DNA of 64,000 nt from a virus: the IMG/VR virus record IMGVR_UViG_3300036832_001138, positions 1 through 64,000 of that record, one strand, 5' to 3'. The stretch's first letter is position 1; every line of letters starts with the position of its first letter. The position numbers and the translations under genes are program-made. Under the pieces are notes generated by a model. The model was not told the DNA's origin, ran no database searches, and saw only the letters and a list, made by a program, of their open reading frames with translations. Shown here in pieces: positions 9,206 to 17,672 of this stretch.

Positions 9206-10309
9206 ATGCCGTGGGTCACGCCAACGTTGCAGCAATGCCGCGAGATCGTGCGCGACGATATCACCGCGTCTTTGCAGGGCGCGGCCGTGGTCGGCAACAC
9301 GGTGCTGCGCGTTATGTCCGATGCGATGGCGGGGATCGGCGCGCTCGTGCTGCGATACGAGGATTGGCAGGCGCGGCAATTGATGGTCGACCAAGCCGAG
9401 AAGGAATGGCTCGATCGGCACGGGAACATATGGCTCGTGAACGCCGACGGCACGACCGGCCGCAAGGGCGCGACCACGGCATCCGGTACGGTAACCTTCA
9501 CGGGCGTTGCAGGCGTGACCGTTGCCGCGGGCACCGAGCTTGTGTCACCTGACGGGCAGGCGTTTTACGATACGCTGGAATTCATCACGCTCGGCACGGC
9601 ACCGGTCGAGGTTGCCGTTCGCGCGACGACCGCCGGGGCGGCGGGCAACATACCCGCGGGCACCGCGCTGGCGCTGACCGTTCCGGAATCCGGCGTCGAT
9701 AGTGCGGTCATCGTCGTCGATCTGCGCGGCGGTGAGGAAGTCGAGAGCGATGACGAACTCCGCGCGCGCGTGCTCGCGCGTATCCGCCAGCCACCGATGG
9801 GCGGCTGCGCTTACGATTACGAGCATTGGGCGATGAGCATTCCGAGCGTGACGCGTGCATGGTGCGCGCCGCGCGAGATGGGAATGGGCACCGTGACGGT
9901 GCGATTCATGTGCGACGCGTTGCGGCCGGAAACCAGCGGCATCCCGACGCAAGACGATATCAATATCGTGCGCAACTATCTCGACACGGTGCGCCCGGTC
10001 GCGGTGCGAGATTTCTTCGTTGAAGCGCCCGTGCCCGAGCCGATCAATTTCAATCTCGCGCTCAAACAGGATTCTCTCGCGCTGCGCGGGCAAGTGCAAG
10101 CGTCAGTCGCGGCGATGATCAGCGAGAAGGCCGCGCCCGCGCACCAAGTCGACGGCGAGCTTGTGGCGGGCACGACGATTCTCGCATCGTGGGTTGCGGA
10201 GGCGATCAACCGCTGCACGAATGATTTCACGCTCGATATGCAAGATCATCCCATGCCGCACAACGGGGCAATCGGGGTACTCGGTGCGATCAGCTATCCG
10301 ATTCCGTAG
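9206..10309 (+). CDS. Baseplate J / Mu gp47-like protein
   Basis: 'WLDRHG...RKGATTASG', 'GGEEVESDDELRARVLARIRQPPMGGCAYDYEHWA', 'GMGTVTV'. Confidence 0.9.
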   Translation: MPWVTPTLQQCREIVRDDITASLQGAAVVGNTVLRVMSDAMAGIGALVLRYEDWQARQLMVDQAEKEWLDRHGNIWLVNADGTTGRKGATTASGTVTFTGVAGVTVAAGTELVSPDGQAFYDTLEFITLGTAPVEVAVRATTAGAAGNIPAGTALALTVPESGVDSAVIVVDLRGGEEVESDDELRARVLARIRQPPMGGCAYDYEHWAMSIPSVTRAWCAPREMGMGTVTVRFMCDALRPETSGIPTQDDINIVRNYLDTVRPVAVRDFFVEAPVPEPINFNLALKQDSLALRGQVQASVAAMISEKAAPAHQVDGELVAGTTILASWVAEAINRCTNDFTLDMQDHPMPHNGAIGVLGAISYPIP

Positions 10310-10319
10310 AGAGAAGGGC

Positions 10320-10369
10320 GAGCCCCGGCAGTCACGCTCTGGAGTTCATGAATTCGATGGCCGGGGCTC
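10320..10369 (-). ncRNA. Orphan TIGR-like guide unit
   Basis: gagccccgg-ca-gtcacgctc-tggagttca-tgaattcga-tgg-ccggggctc, intergenic between baseplate J and the gp48-like gene. Confidence 0.88.
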
Positions 10370-10420
10370 TAAGTCGCTTGGGAGCGACCTGACGACAAGT
10401 TTAGAAAAGATGGAGAGAGA

Positions 10421-11452
10421 ATGCCACCGCCTCCTGGCCCGCCGGTCGAAGATCGCCACGTCCGCCGCGGGCAGGAAGAATATTCGCACGCCATAAGCGC
10501 GTTGCTGCCGCAAGGCATCGCGTGGCCGCGCTGGCCTGACAGCGTTTTGATGCAAACGGTCTATGGCCTCGCGGGCATCATGGGTTATGCCGACGGCCGG
10601 ATCGCCGATCTGCTTGAGCGCGAAAGCGATCCGCGCATCACAACCGAAATGCTCGATTGGTGGGAGCGGGCGTGGGGCTTGCCTGATCCCTGTTACACCG
10701 GTCCGTCGACCATCGGCGAGCGGCAAAAAGCGCTGATGATGCGCATGACGTTAATGGGCGGGCAGTCGCGAGAATTCTTTATCGCGATGGCCGCCTACAT
10801 CGGCTACACGATCGCGATCAGCGAGTACAATCCCTTCATTGTTGGCATCGCGCCGCGCTACCAAGGGCACTATTATCAGGGCAATTATGACGTTGTTGCC
10901 AACTCGCCCGATCTCAGGGCGATCACGCCGAGCAAGGATCAGTTTTGGAGCGCGGTGACGCCGGATGCCGGATACAACACGCCGCCCGGTTACACCAATG
11001 CGCCGACGCCATCCGCATTGACGGTTGCGCTGCCGCCGCTGACTGCCGGAGCGGCAATCTCTTTCGGCGATCGCTTGTGGTTCGACGGCACCAATTGGAA
11101 AATTGCCCCGGTCGGGCAAAGGTTCTATTCCGACATCGCGGGTTTTGACGAATCGCTGCGCTCGCGCTGCGGAGATAACCGCGATTACAAGGCCGACGGT
11201 TCGCTCGGCGAATGGCCCGCACAGATCGGTCATCCGGCGATGCGGTTTGCTTGGACCGTGCACGTCTACCGCGCGCGGCTGACGTGGTTTCGCGCGAGCA
11301 AGGGCCAAGCCGGTGTCGATCCGCATTTGCGCATCGGCAAGGCCGAGGACCTTGAGTGCATCATCCGCCGATGGCGGCCCGGTCATACCGAGGTGCTGTT
11401 CGATTACAGCGGCACCGCTGCGCCGGGCGATCCCATGGCTGGTACGCCGTGA
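10421..11452 (+). CDS. YmfQ/DUF2313 (Mu gp48-like) baseplate protein with an internal insertion
   Basis: 'ALLPQGIAWPR', 'ESDPRITTEMLDWWERAWGLPDPC', 'LECIIRRWRPGHTEVLFDY'. Confidence 0.85.
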   Translation: MPPPPGPPVEDRHVRRGQEEYSHAISALLPQGIAWPRWPDSVLMQTVYGLAGIMGYADGRIADLLERESDPRITTEMLDWWERAWGLPDPCYTGPSTIGERQKALMMRMTLMGGQSREFFIAMAAYIGYTIAISEYNPFIVGIAPRYQGHYYQGNYDVVANSPDLRAITPSKDQFWSAVTPDAGYNTPPGYTNAPTPSALTVALPPLTAGAAISFGDRLWFDGTNWKIAPVGQRFYSDIAGFDESLRSRCGDNRDYKADGSLGEWPAQIGHPAMRFAWTVHVYRARLTWFRASKGQAGVDPHLRIGKAEDLECIIRRWRPGHTEVLFDYSGTAAPGDPMAGTP

Positions 11453-11512
11453 TCCTCCCGCGCCGTTGAGACGGCGCGCATCAACCAAAGCGTTCAAAGA
11501 GGGAAATGCGCG

Positions 11513-12847
11513 ATGAAATATTCGCAGCCGTTCGGCACGCCCGATCCACCGCTCGGAACCTACCCGAGATTCGTTAACGGGAATCCCGTGACGGGCACCG
11601 AGGGCTCGATCCCTCCGGCGACCGCGTTCGACGAAGACCAAATCGAGATCATCACCGTTATCCAAAACGCTGGTCTAACGCCGGATCACGGCGACCTGAC
11701 TCAGCTATGGCAAGCGTTGATGGCGCTGTTTGCGCAGAAGTACATCACCACGCCAATCACCAAGACGATACACGGCGCGGGCGCGGATTTTCCTGATTTG
11801 ATTGCGGCGTTTAATTGGGTCGCGCAATACATCATCACGCCGACGGGTAGCGTCACGTTTCTTTGCGCGTCGGGGACATGGAATTACACGCAAACCGTCG
11901 AGGTTAATCACCCGAACGCCGATCGCATTGTCGTCACTGGCCCTGCGCTTACCGGAGCTTCGCCAGCGCAGAATCAACTCTCTGTCACGTGGCCGATCAC
12001 CGGCACGTCGCGGCAGACCGACGGCACCAATCAGCACAATCAGTTGAAGGGCATTTACGCGTGCGAGCTTAGCTTTCTTGGCGGCGTGAGCGGGTTTCGC
12101 GTCTACCGCGGCGGCGTGACCATTCGCTATCTCTTGATCAGCGGGACGCAAACGGTCGCGCAACCGCACGCGGGCGATCCCGGCGGCTGCGGCATCTGTG
12201 CATTTGCCACCGTGGTGCTCGACGGCACGGCGGTATGGGGCTTCGGCAATCATGGTTATTACAGTCAAGGCGGCGCATTTTTATCCTACACATCGCTTTC
12301 GATCATTGCGTCGTTTTGCAATTCATGTGGCTTTTGGACCTTCGGCGGGTTGATCTCGTTTCTGTCCAATCAAAACGTTATCAGCACCTCACACGGCTCT
12401 TGCGCGTTTGCCTGTTTCGGCACCGAGGTCTATTCCGGTATTGTCGATGCGCGCGGGATCGCGACACCGAAAACCGTTGCGGGCGGCGGTGCGTCTAACG
12501 TTGGCGCGGTCACGGTCGAGCAGGGCACGCAATTCATGATGGGGGCGGGAAGCCTTGTGCGCTACTGCAACAACCAGGGCTGCACCGTCGCCGACTGCTC
12601 GACGCTGCAACTCAGCGGCAGCACGGTGATGGATTGCAGCGTTTGGCAGATTTGGATGAACAACGGCGTATGTTGGGCGGAGGGCTCAAATATTCAGCAA
12701 ACCGCGGGCACGGTCTATCCCAACGGCGGCGTTGCGGTTCTGCAAAACGGTGCACAGCTTTCGTTGCTCGGTGCTGTTGTCGGCGGCAGCGTCTTCCCGA
12801 CGCCCAACACGTACAACATGGCGAACAATTCTTTCGTGCGCATGTAA
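11513..12847 (+). CDS. Tail fibre/tailspike protein (probable beta-helix)
   Basis: N-terminal 'EIITVIQNAGLTPDHGDLTQLWQAL' is a Mu-type fibre attachment motif; beta-helix-like C-terminal region. Confidence 0.75.
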   Translation: MKYSQPFGTPDPPLGTYPRFVNGNPVTGTEGSIPPATAFDEDQIEIITVIQNAGLTPDHGDLTQLWQALMALFAQKYITTPITKTIHGAGADFPDLIAAFNWVAQYIITPTGSVTFLCASGTWNYTQTVEVNHPNADRIVVTGPALTGASPAQNQLSVTWPITGTSRQTDGTNQHNQLKGIYACELSFLGGVSGFRVYRGGVTIRYLLISGTQTVAQPHAGDPGGCGICAFATVVLDGTAVWGFGNHGYYSQGGAFLSYTSLSIIASFCNSCGFWTFGGLISFLSNQNVISTSHGSCAFACFGTEVYSGIVDARGIATPKTVAGGGASNVGAVTVEQGTQFMMGAGSLVRYCNNQGCTVADCSTLQLSGSTVMDCSVWQIWMNNGVCWAEGSNIQQTAGTVYPNGGVAVLQNGAQLSLLGAVVGGSVFPTPNTYNMANNSFVRM

Positions 12848-12856
12848 GGAGGCACT

Positions 12857-13087
12857 ATGACCGATGTTGGTGTTGGCAGCGGCTATAAGTTTCCTCTCAC
12901 GCCCTTGACGTGCAACTACTGCGGCGCGGTTTGGGATCGAGTCAATCCGGTGGTTCACACCGGAACGGCGAATCAATTCTCCGGCCACACCGATGCCGAA
13001 TGGGAGCAGTGGCGGATCGATCAGGGCATTCCTGACGGCCAACCTTACGCGCGCTGGACGCCGGTCGCGCCCCCGCCCGGACCATGA
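12857..13087 (+). CDS. Hypothetical protein
   Basis: Strong SD taaggagg; coupled to the next gene. Confidence 0.55.
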   Translation: MTDVGVGSGYKFPLTPLTCNYCGAVWDRVNPVVHTGTANQFSGHTDAEWEQWRIDQGIPDGQPYARWTPVAPPPGP

Positions 13088-13977
13088 CGCTTCGTCCGCG
13101 CATCCCGCTCGATCTCGGCATTCGGCGACCGCCGATCGTCAGTCCATTCTTTACCTATCCCTATCAAAATCCGGTGTATCCGCCGGACATGCCGATTCCG
13201 GAGATGGAGCAAATCGCGCGCGACGCGGCAATGGCGCGCGCGCAGTCGCCGGGCGAGCGCGTTTGTTTGATCGATGAGGCGACGGCGCTCGAAAACCCGA
13301 CACATACGCACCCTTACGATGAGTGCATGAATTATCGGCACGATCACGTCGTGGCGGATAGCGATCCCTGGACCTACTGGCAACTGCTCGATCAGGTTGT
13401 CTCGAAGTTTATGGCGATCCCGCCGCCGCCGCCGCCGCCGCCGGTTGGCTGGAATTCTCGCGCCCGCGTCAACGAAAGCGGCATTTCGATCATGGATGGG
13501 ACAAGCCCCGGCTGGCAGGGCTTCACGTGGGCGACCATGATCGGCGCGTCGCGGATTAAGCTCGGGCCCGGCAACCAAAGCCGCGTCACGATCCAAGGGC
13601 TTGCGCTGATCGGTCCGGTCTACCTTTGCCCGATCGCCGCACCGGCAAAACCGTTCATGGCGAACATCATTTATCCGCTAACCTTCAATGGCGGGCAGGG
13701 TTTAGTCGTGCCGCAACCGCCTGATTATGTGGCAACATCTGATCCGCTGCCGCACGGACTCGACCTTCCTAACGGTGTCATGATTTATTCGTATGTTCCG
13801 GACGTAGCTCCGGGGCAACCGACCGGGTATATCGGCCACCGCAACACCGAACAGGATTGGTACTCGCGATGGGCGTATGGCAATTGGTCCGGGCATTATG
13901 ATCTGTTCACGCCGACGGCGTGGGTTGCTGCCCCCTTTGGCTCGATTGGGGTGTTAGAGTTCGACGCGAACTACTGA
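13084..13977 (+). CDS. Hypothetical virion-associated protein
   Basis: ATGA-coupled 297-aa ORF with a poly-Pro linker. Confidence 0.55.
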   Translation: MTLRPRIPLDLGIRRPPIVSPFFTYPYQNPVYPPDMPIPEMEQIARDAAMARAQSPGERVCLIDEATALENPTHTHPYDECMNYRHDHVVADSDPWTYWQLLDQVVSKFMAIPPPPPPPPVGWNSRARVNESGISIMDGTSPGWQGFTWATMIGASRIKLGPGNQSRVTIQGLALIGPVYLCPIAAPAKPFMANIIYPLTFNGGQGLVVPQPPDYVATSDPLPHGLDLPNGVMIYSYVPDVAPGQPTGYIGHRNTEQDWYSRWAYGNWSGHYDLFTPTAWVAAPFGSIGVLEFDANY

Positions 13978-14010
13978 GTCGAATCACAGTGGAAAAACGT
14001 AAAGGACCAA

Positions 14011-14040
14011 TTGCCAAACGCGGACAATTGGCCCTAGCTT
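14011..14040 (+). promoter_or_regulatory. Sigma70-like promoter containing an operator-like site
   Basis: TTGCCA-N18-TAGCTT; the spacer holds GGACAATTGGCCC, a variant of GGGCCANTGGCCC. Confidence 0.55.
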
Positions 14041-14075
14041 GATTGCTCTCACCTCAAACAGAAGGAGTCGTCATT

Positions 14076-14708
14076 ATGGTCGGAAGACTCGCCTACATCG
14101 TGTTTCTGGATTCCGGTGGTCCGGTCGATCCGGGCTTCGGCGTTCCCGGTTGGCCCGCGCATCCTATCGCACCGGGCGGGCCGCCTCCCGGCATCTGGCC
14201 CGGTCCCGGCTACCCGGCACATCCGATCGCGCCCGGTGGTTCTCCGCCCGGCATTTGGGGCGGTGCGCCAGCATGGCCCGCGCACCCGATCGCGCCCGGT
14301 GGTCGGCCTCCGGGTTTTTGGGGCGGGTCACCCGCATGGCCGAGCCATCCCATCGCGCCCGGTGGTTCGCCTCCGGGTATTTGGGGCGGCGTTCCGCCGA
14401 ACTACATCGACATCGGGTTACCGGGCCAGCCGCCCGGCATTTGGGGCGGTGGCAATCAACCGTTCCCGACGCCGCCGATCTACATTCCGATCCCGCCCGG
14501 CGAGCAGCCGCCCGAAGGCGGCAATGGGCTCTTGCCTAGTCATCCGATTGTGATTCCACCGTCGGAAGGCGTTCCCGAAGATAGCCAAAAATACTTGGTT
14601 CACGTTTACGTCGCGGGGGTTGGTGGAGTGTGGTTCTTGATCCAACCGCCGCCCATGCCGACGCATCCGTGGGTGCCGCCCGCTCCACCGGCAGGGCCGA
14701 AGGCGTAA
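14076..14708 (+). CDS. Pro/Gly-rich repeat protein (PAHPIAPGGxPPGIWGG repeats)
   Basis: SD gaaggagtc at 14061; four to five ~19-aa tandem repeats. Confidence 0.7.
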   Translation: MVGRLAYIVFLDSGGPVDPGFGVPGWPAHPIAPGGPPPGIWPGPGYPAHPIAPGGSPPGIWGGAPAWPAHPIAPGGRPPGFWGGSPAWPSHPIAPGGSPPGIWGGVPPNYIDIGLPGQPPGIWGGGNQPFPTPPIYIPIPPGEQPPEGGNGLLPSHPIVIPPSEGVPEDSQKYLVHVYVAGVGGVWFLIQPPPMPTHPWVPPAPPAGPKA

Positions 14709-14828
14709 CGCGTGACATCTTTCGGTGACGGGCAACCCCCATCACCGTGAGCCCTCGACGTTAAGAGCGTCCGAACGTTCTGGAGAGCGCCCGAACGTTT
14801 CTGGCGTCGAGGGCAACCACGATGAGCG

Positions 14829-14862
14829 AAAAAGCGGCCCCGACGCTTAGAGCGCCGGGGCC
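14829..14862 (-). terminator. Intrinsic terminator directly after the orphan guide unit
   Basis: Minus strand ggccccggcgc-tctaa-gcgtcggggcc-gc-ttttt. Confidence 0.6.
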
Positions 14863-14863
14863 T

Positions 14864-14915
14864 GTGATCCGGGCATCAGGTTATTGGAGTTCATAGGTCG
14901 CGTGGCCGGGATCAC
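14864..14915 (-). ncRNA. Orphan TIGR-like guide unit
   Basis: gtgatccggg-ca-tcaggttat-tggagttca-taggtcgcg-tgg-ccgggatcac; new stem sequence but the same boxes and 9-nt spacers. Confidence 0.85.
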
Positions 14916-14970
14916 GCGATCAAGTCTTACAGGGACTTTGCCTAAAGGGTAGAGGCAGAATGAAATGGCG

Positions 14971-15001
14971 GCGGGCTGCTTCGGCGGCCCGCTTTGTTTT
15001 T
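14971..15001 (+). terminator. Intrinsic terminator just upstream of the endolysin
   Basis: gcgggctgc-ttcg-gcggcccgc-tttgttttt. Confidence 0.6.
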
Positions 15002-15012
15002 GGGAGCACGCC

Positions 15013-16821
15013 ATGCGCAACAATCCGATCGCGATCTCGTCGGGCCACGGCAAGTTTATTCGCGGTGCGAGCGGATATCTCGACGAAGTTGACGAAGCGC
15101 GTCGCGTCGTTGCGCGCGTTGCTGACATGCTCACCGAACGCGGCGTCACCGTGCGCGGCCCGTTCAATGACGATACGAGCACAACGCAAAACGAAAATCT
15201 CAATCGCATCGTTGACTGGCATAATTCGCAAGAGCGCGTGCTCGACGTGTCGGTGCATTTCAACGCGAATGAAACCACGTCGTCGCCGATGGGCACCGAA
15301 GTGCTCTACGTCACGCAACAGATGCTCGCGGCCGAAGTCTCGACGGCGATCGCGGATGCGGGCGATTTCAAGGATCGCGGACCAAAAAAACGGACCGATC
15401 TCTACGTGCTCAATAACACCGACATGCCTTGTATCCTGCTCGAAGTGTGCTTCGTTGATAGCTCGGCGGACGCCGAACTATACGAAGACAACTTCGATGC
15501 GATTTGCGACGCGATCGCACAATCGATCTGCGATGTGACGGGCGAAGACGCCGGGCCGCAGCCGCCGGATCGTCCGGATCGCCCGGAGCGGCCGCCGCAA
15601 CCGGAAGTGCCAACCGAGCGCCCCGAGCTAAGCAAGGGCGATGAGGGCCCGTGGGTCGAGAGCGTACAGCGAACACTCGGCCTGCCGCTCGACGGCGACT
15701 TCGGCAATACGACACAAGCGGGCGTGCAAGGCTATCAGCGCGCGGTCGGGCTTTCCGCCGATGGCAAGGTCGGCGACACGACATGGAAATATCTCGATGA
15801 GCTTGATCGCCGTATGGCGACCGGCGACGCCGGGATCAGCGATGAACTCGCGGCATCAATCGATGAGTTGGTCGCGGACTCGGGCATCATAGAATATTTG
15901 TGGCCCGATCGCGGGCAAGCGCCGATGGGTTATTACAACGGCATTGCCAAGACCTACGCGTTAGCGATCAAGCGCTATGCCAACGGCGACGGCGCGACCG
16001 CGATCATGGCGCAAGCCGAAACCGGCAGTGCCAGCCATGATGCGCTGACGTGGTATCACGATGAATTCGAAGCGCGCGGGATGCGCAACGATGCGAATAG
16101 CGTCGACACGCTGCGCCATCTGTTCGTGATGCTCACCGGGCTCGGGGTGCGCGAAAGCACCGGCAACCATTGGACCGGGCGCGACATGACCGCCGACAAT
16201 GTGGAATCCGACACGTGCGAAGCTGGCGCGTGGCAATCGAGTTGGAATCTCAGCAATTGCTCGTCGGAAATCAGCAAGCTATTCGATGAGTTCAAGATCG
16301 ATCCGAACGCGTTCCGCCCGAGCTACAGCGAAGGCGTGGTGCCCTATCCGGATGATCTCGACAACTACGGCGGCGGCGACGGTGCGACGTATCAATTCCT
16401 CGCGAAATATTCCCCGGCGTTTGCTGCATTGATGACCGGTGTCGGCATGCGGTTGCTCGGCGGCAGCGAGGGGCATTGGGGGCCGATTCGCCGCCGAGAG
16501 GTGACGATCGAGCCGCGCATCGATGAACTTCTCACCGAAGTCGATTTGCTGGTCGAGAATGAGGACATCGAGCCGCCGGGCCCCCGTCCTGATCCGCGGC
16601 CGCCGCAACCCGAGCCCGGCGCGGCTTACGTCGCCGTCAATGTCTCGGCGTTGGGTCGCGTGATCGTCAATATCGAGGAACCAACTAACGAACCATCGGA
16701 CGAAGTGCCGGAGGTGACGATCAGCGTGCGCAGTAAAGGTGCGGTCGCAGTGAGCGTGAACCACGGCACGCCCGACGAGATCGCCGATGCGTTGCGCGTT
16801 GGTAAGGTGAGACACGTGTGA
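15013..16821 (+). CDS. Modular endolysin: Amidase_3 + peptidoglycan-binding domain + uncharacterised C-terminal domain
   Basis: 'IAISSGHG...E...VSVHFNA...GTEVLY...DRGPK...LYVLNNTDMPCILLEVCFVDS'; PG-binding 'LSKGDEG...DGDFG...YQRAVGLSADGKVGDTTW'. Confidence 0.9.
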   Translation: MRNNPIAISSGHGKFIRGASGYLDEVDEARRVVARVADMLTERGVTVRGPFNDDTSTTQNENLNRIVDWHNSQERVLDVSVHFNANETTSSPMGTEVLYVTQQMLAAEVSTAIADAGDFKDRGPKKRTDLYVLNNTDMPCILLEVCFVDSSADAELYEDNFDAICDAIAQSICDVTGEDAGPQPPDRPDRPERPPQPEVPTERPELSKGDEGPWVESVQRTLGLPLDGDFGNTTQAGVQGYQRAVGLSADGKVGDTTWKYLDELDRRMATGDAGISDELAASIDELVADSGIIEYLWPDRGQAPMGYYNGIAKTYALAIKRYANGDGATAIMAQAETGSASHDALTWYHDEFEARGMRNDANSVDTLRHLFVMLTGLGVRESTGNHWTGRDMTADNVESDTCEAGAWQSSWNLSNCSSEISKLFDEFKIDPNAFRPSYSEGVVPYPDDLDNYGGGDGATYQFLAKYSPAFAALMTGVGMRLLGGSEGHWGPIRRREVTIEPRIDELLTEVDLLVENEDIEPPGPRPDPRPPQPEPGAAYVAVNVSALGRVIVNIEEPTNEPSDEVPEVTISVRSKGAVAVSVNHGTPDEIADALRVGKVRHV

Positions 16822-17186
16822 TGCACATCGTAACTCCCAATGAGCTAACGTTGCCGCAGCGAGTCGCGTTAACCCTTGTCATTGTATTCGTCATTCTATT
16901 CGCGTTCACGGCGTTCGGTTACTTTCAAGGAACGCGCGACGCCGAAGGAAAAGAAATAGACCTGTATCAAGGAATTCCGTTGGATGAAAAGTTGTTGCAG
17001 TTGGACAGGCGCGCGCTCGACGAAGCCTACCATGCGCATCTGATAAAGCTCTGGAACGTGTGGCTTACCGATGGCGCGCGCGAGGCGCAACGCATCACCA
17101 ACGGATTGCGCATTGCGCGCGAATCTTATGCGGTGGCAGCGGCGCAAATCGCCAAGCGCGAACAGCAACAGGAGCAGCGCAAATGA
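16818..17186 (+). CDS. Membrane-anchored protein (lysis region)
   Basis: One N-terminal TM segment; overlaps the endolysin stop. Confidence 0.55.
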   Translation: MMHIVTPNELTLPQRVALTLVIVFVILFAFTAFGYFQGTRDAEGKEIDLYQGIPLDEKLLQLDRRALDEAYHAHLIKLWNVWLTDGAREAQRITNGLRIARESYAVAAAQIAKREQQQEQRK

Positions 17187-17335
17187 ACACGATCCTAATC
17201 ATCATTCTCGTGCTGTTGCTGATCGGCGCTTTCCCGTCGTGGCCGTATTCGCGCGGATGGGGCCCCTATCCCGCGGGCGGCATCGGGCTCGTGCTGGTCA
17301 TCTTATTGATCCTGATCTTGTTGGGGCACGTCTGA
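17183..17335 (+). CDS. DUF3309 family small membrane protein
   Basis: MNTILIIILVLLLIGAFPSWPYSRGWGPYPAGGIGLVLVILLILILLG is the DUF3309 pattern. Confidence 0.8.
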   Translation: MNTILIIILVLLLIGAFPSWPYSRGWGPYPAGGIGLVLVILLILILLGHV

Positions 17336-17338
17336 AAC

Positions 17339-17497
17339 ATGGCGCAGAAACGAAGGCGCATGACCGAGCGCGAAGCGCGCTTCGAAACCCGGTTTATCTA
17401 CGTGCTTTTGGTCGGGTTCGTGATCGCGATCTCCGCGGTGCTCTATTTCTATTTCACCGGGGCGATCAGCAATGGAGCGGGCAATGCGGTTCAATGA
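17339..17497 (+). CDS. Small single-TM protein (holin candidate)
   Basis: 52-aa ORF read by hand: MAQKRRRMTEREARFETRFIYVLLVGFVIAISAVLYFYFTG... Confidence 0.5.
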   Translation: MAQKRRRMTEREARFETRFIYVLLVGFVIAISAVLYFYFTGAISNGAGNAVQ

Positions 17498-17672
17498 TCT
17501 TAGGCGCGAAACGCAAGTGGCGATCGTGATCTTTTTGGTGGTGGTCGCCGGGTTGCTTGCGATCGCGCTTTACGGTTGGCTCACGGGCGCGTGGGAGTTC
17601 CCGGTCGATTGGCGTGAGACTTCGGAATTGTCACGATCGGCCACGCTGCTTATCAACAATATTGGCCAGTAA
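17472..17672 (+). CDS. Small single-TM protein
   Basis: Hydrophobic segment VAIVIFLVVVAGLLAIALYGWL. Confidence 0.45.
   Translation: MERAMRFNDLRRETQVAIVIFLVVVAGLLAIALYGWLTGAWEFPVDWRETSELSRSATLLINNIGQ

Noticed and set aside
1-12847. Transposable Mu-like prophage
   Set aside because: Only the tail module is Mu-like. No MuA/MuB or integrase is in the window, and replication appears to use a primase-helicase.
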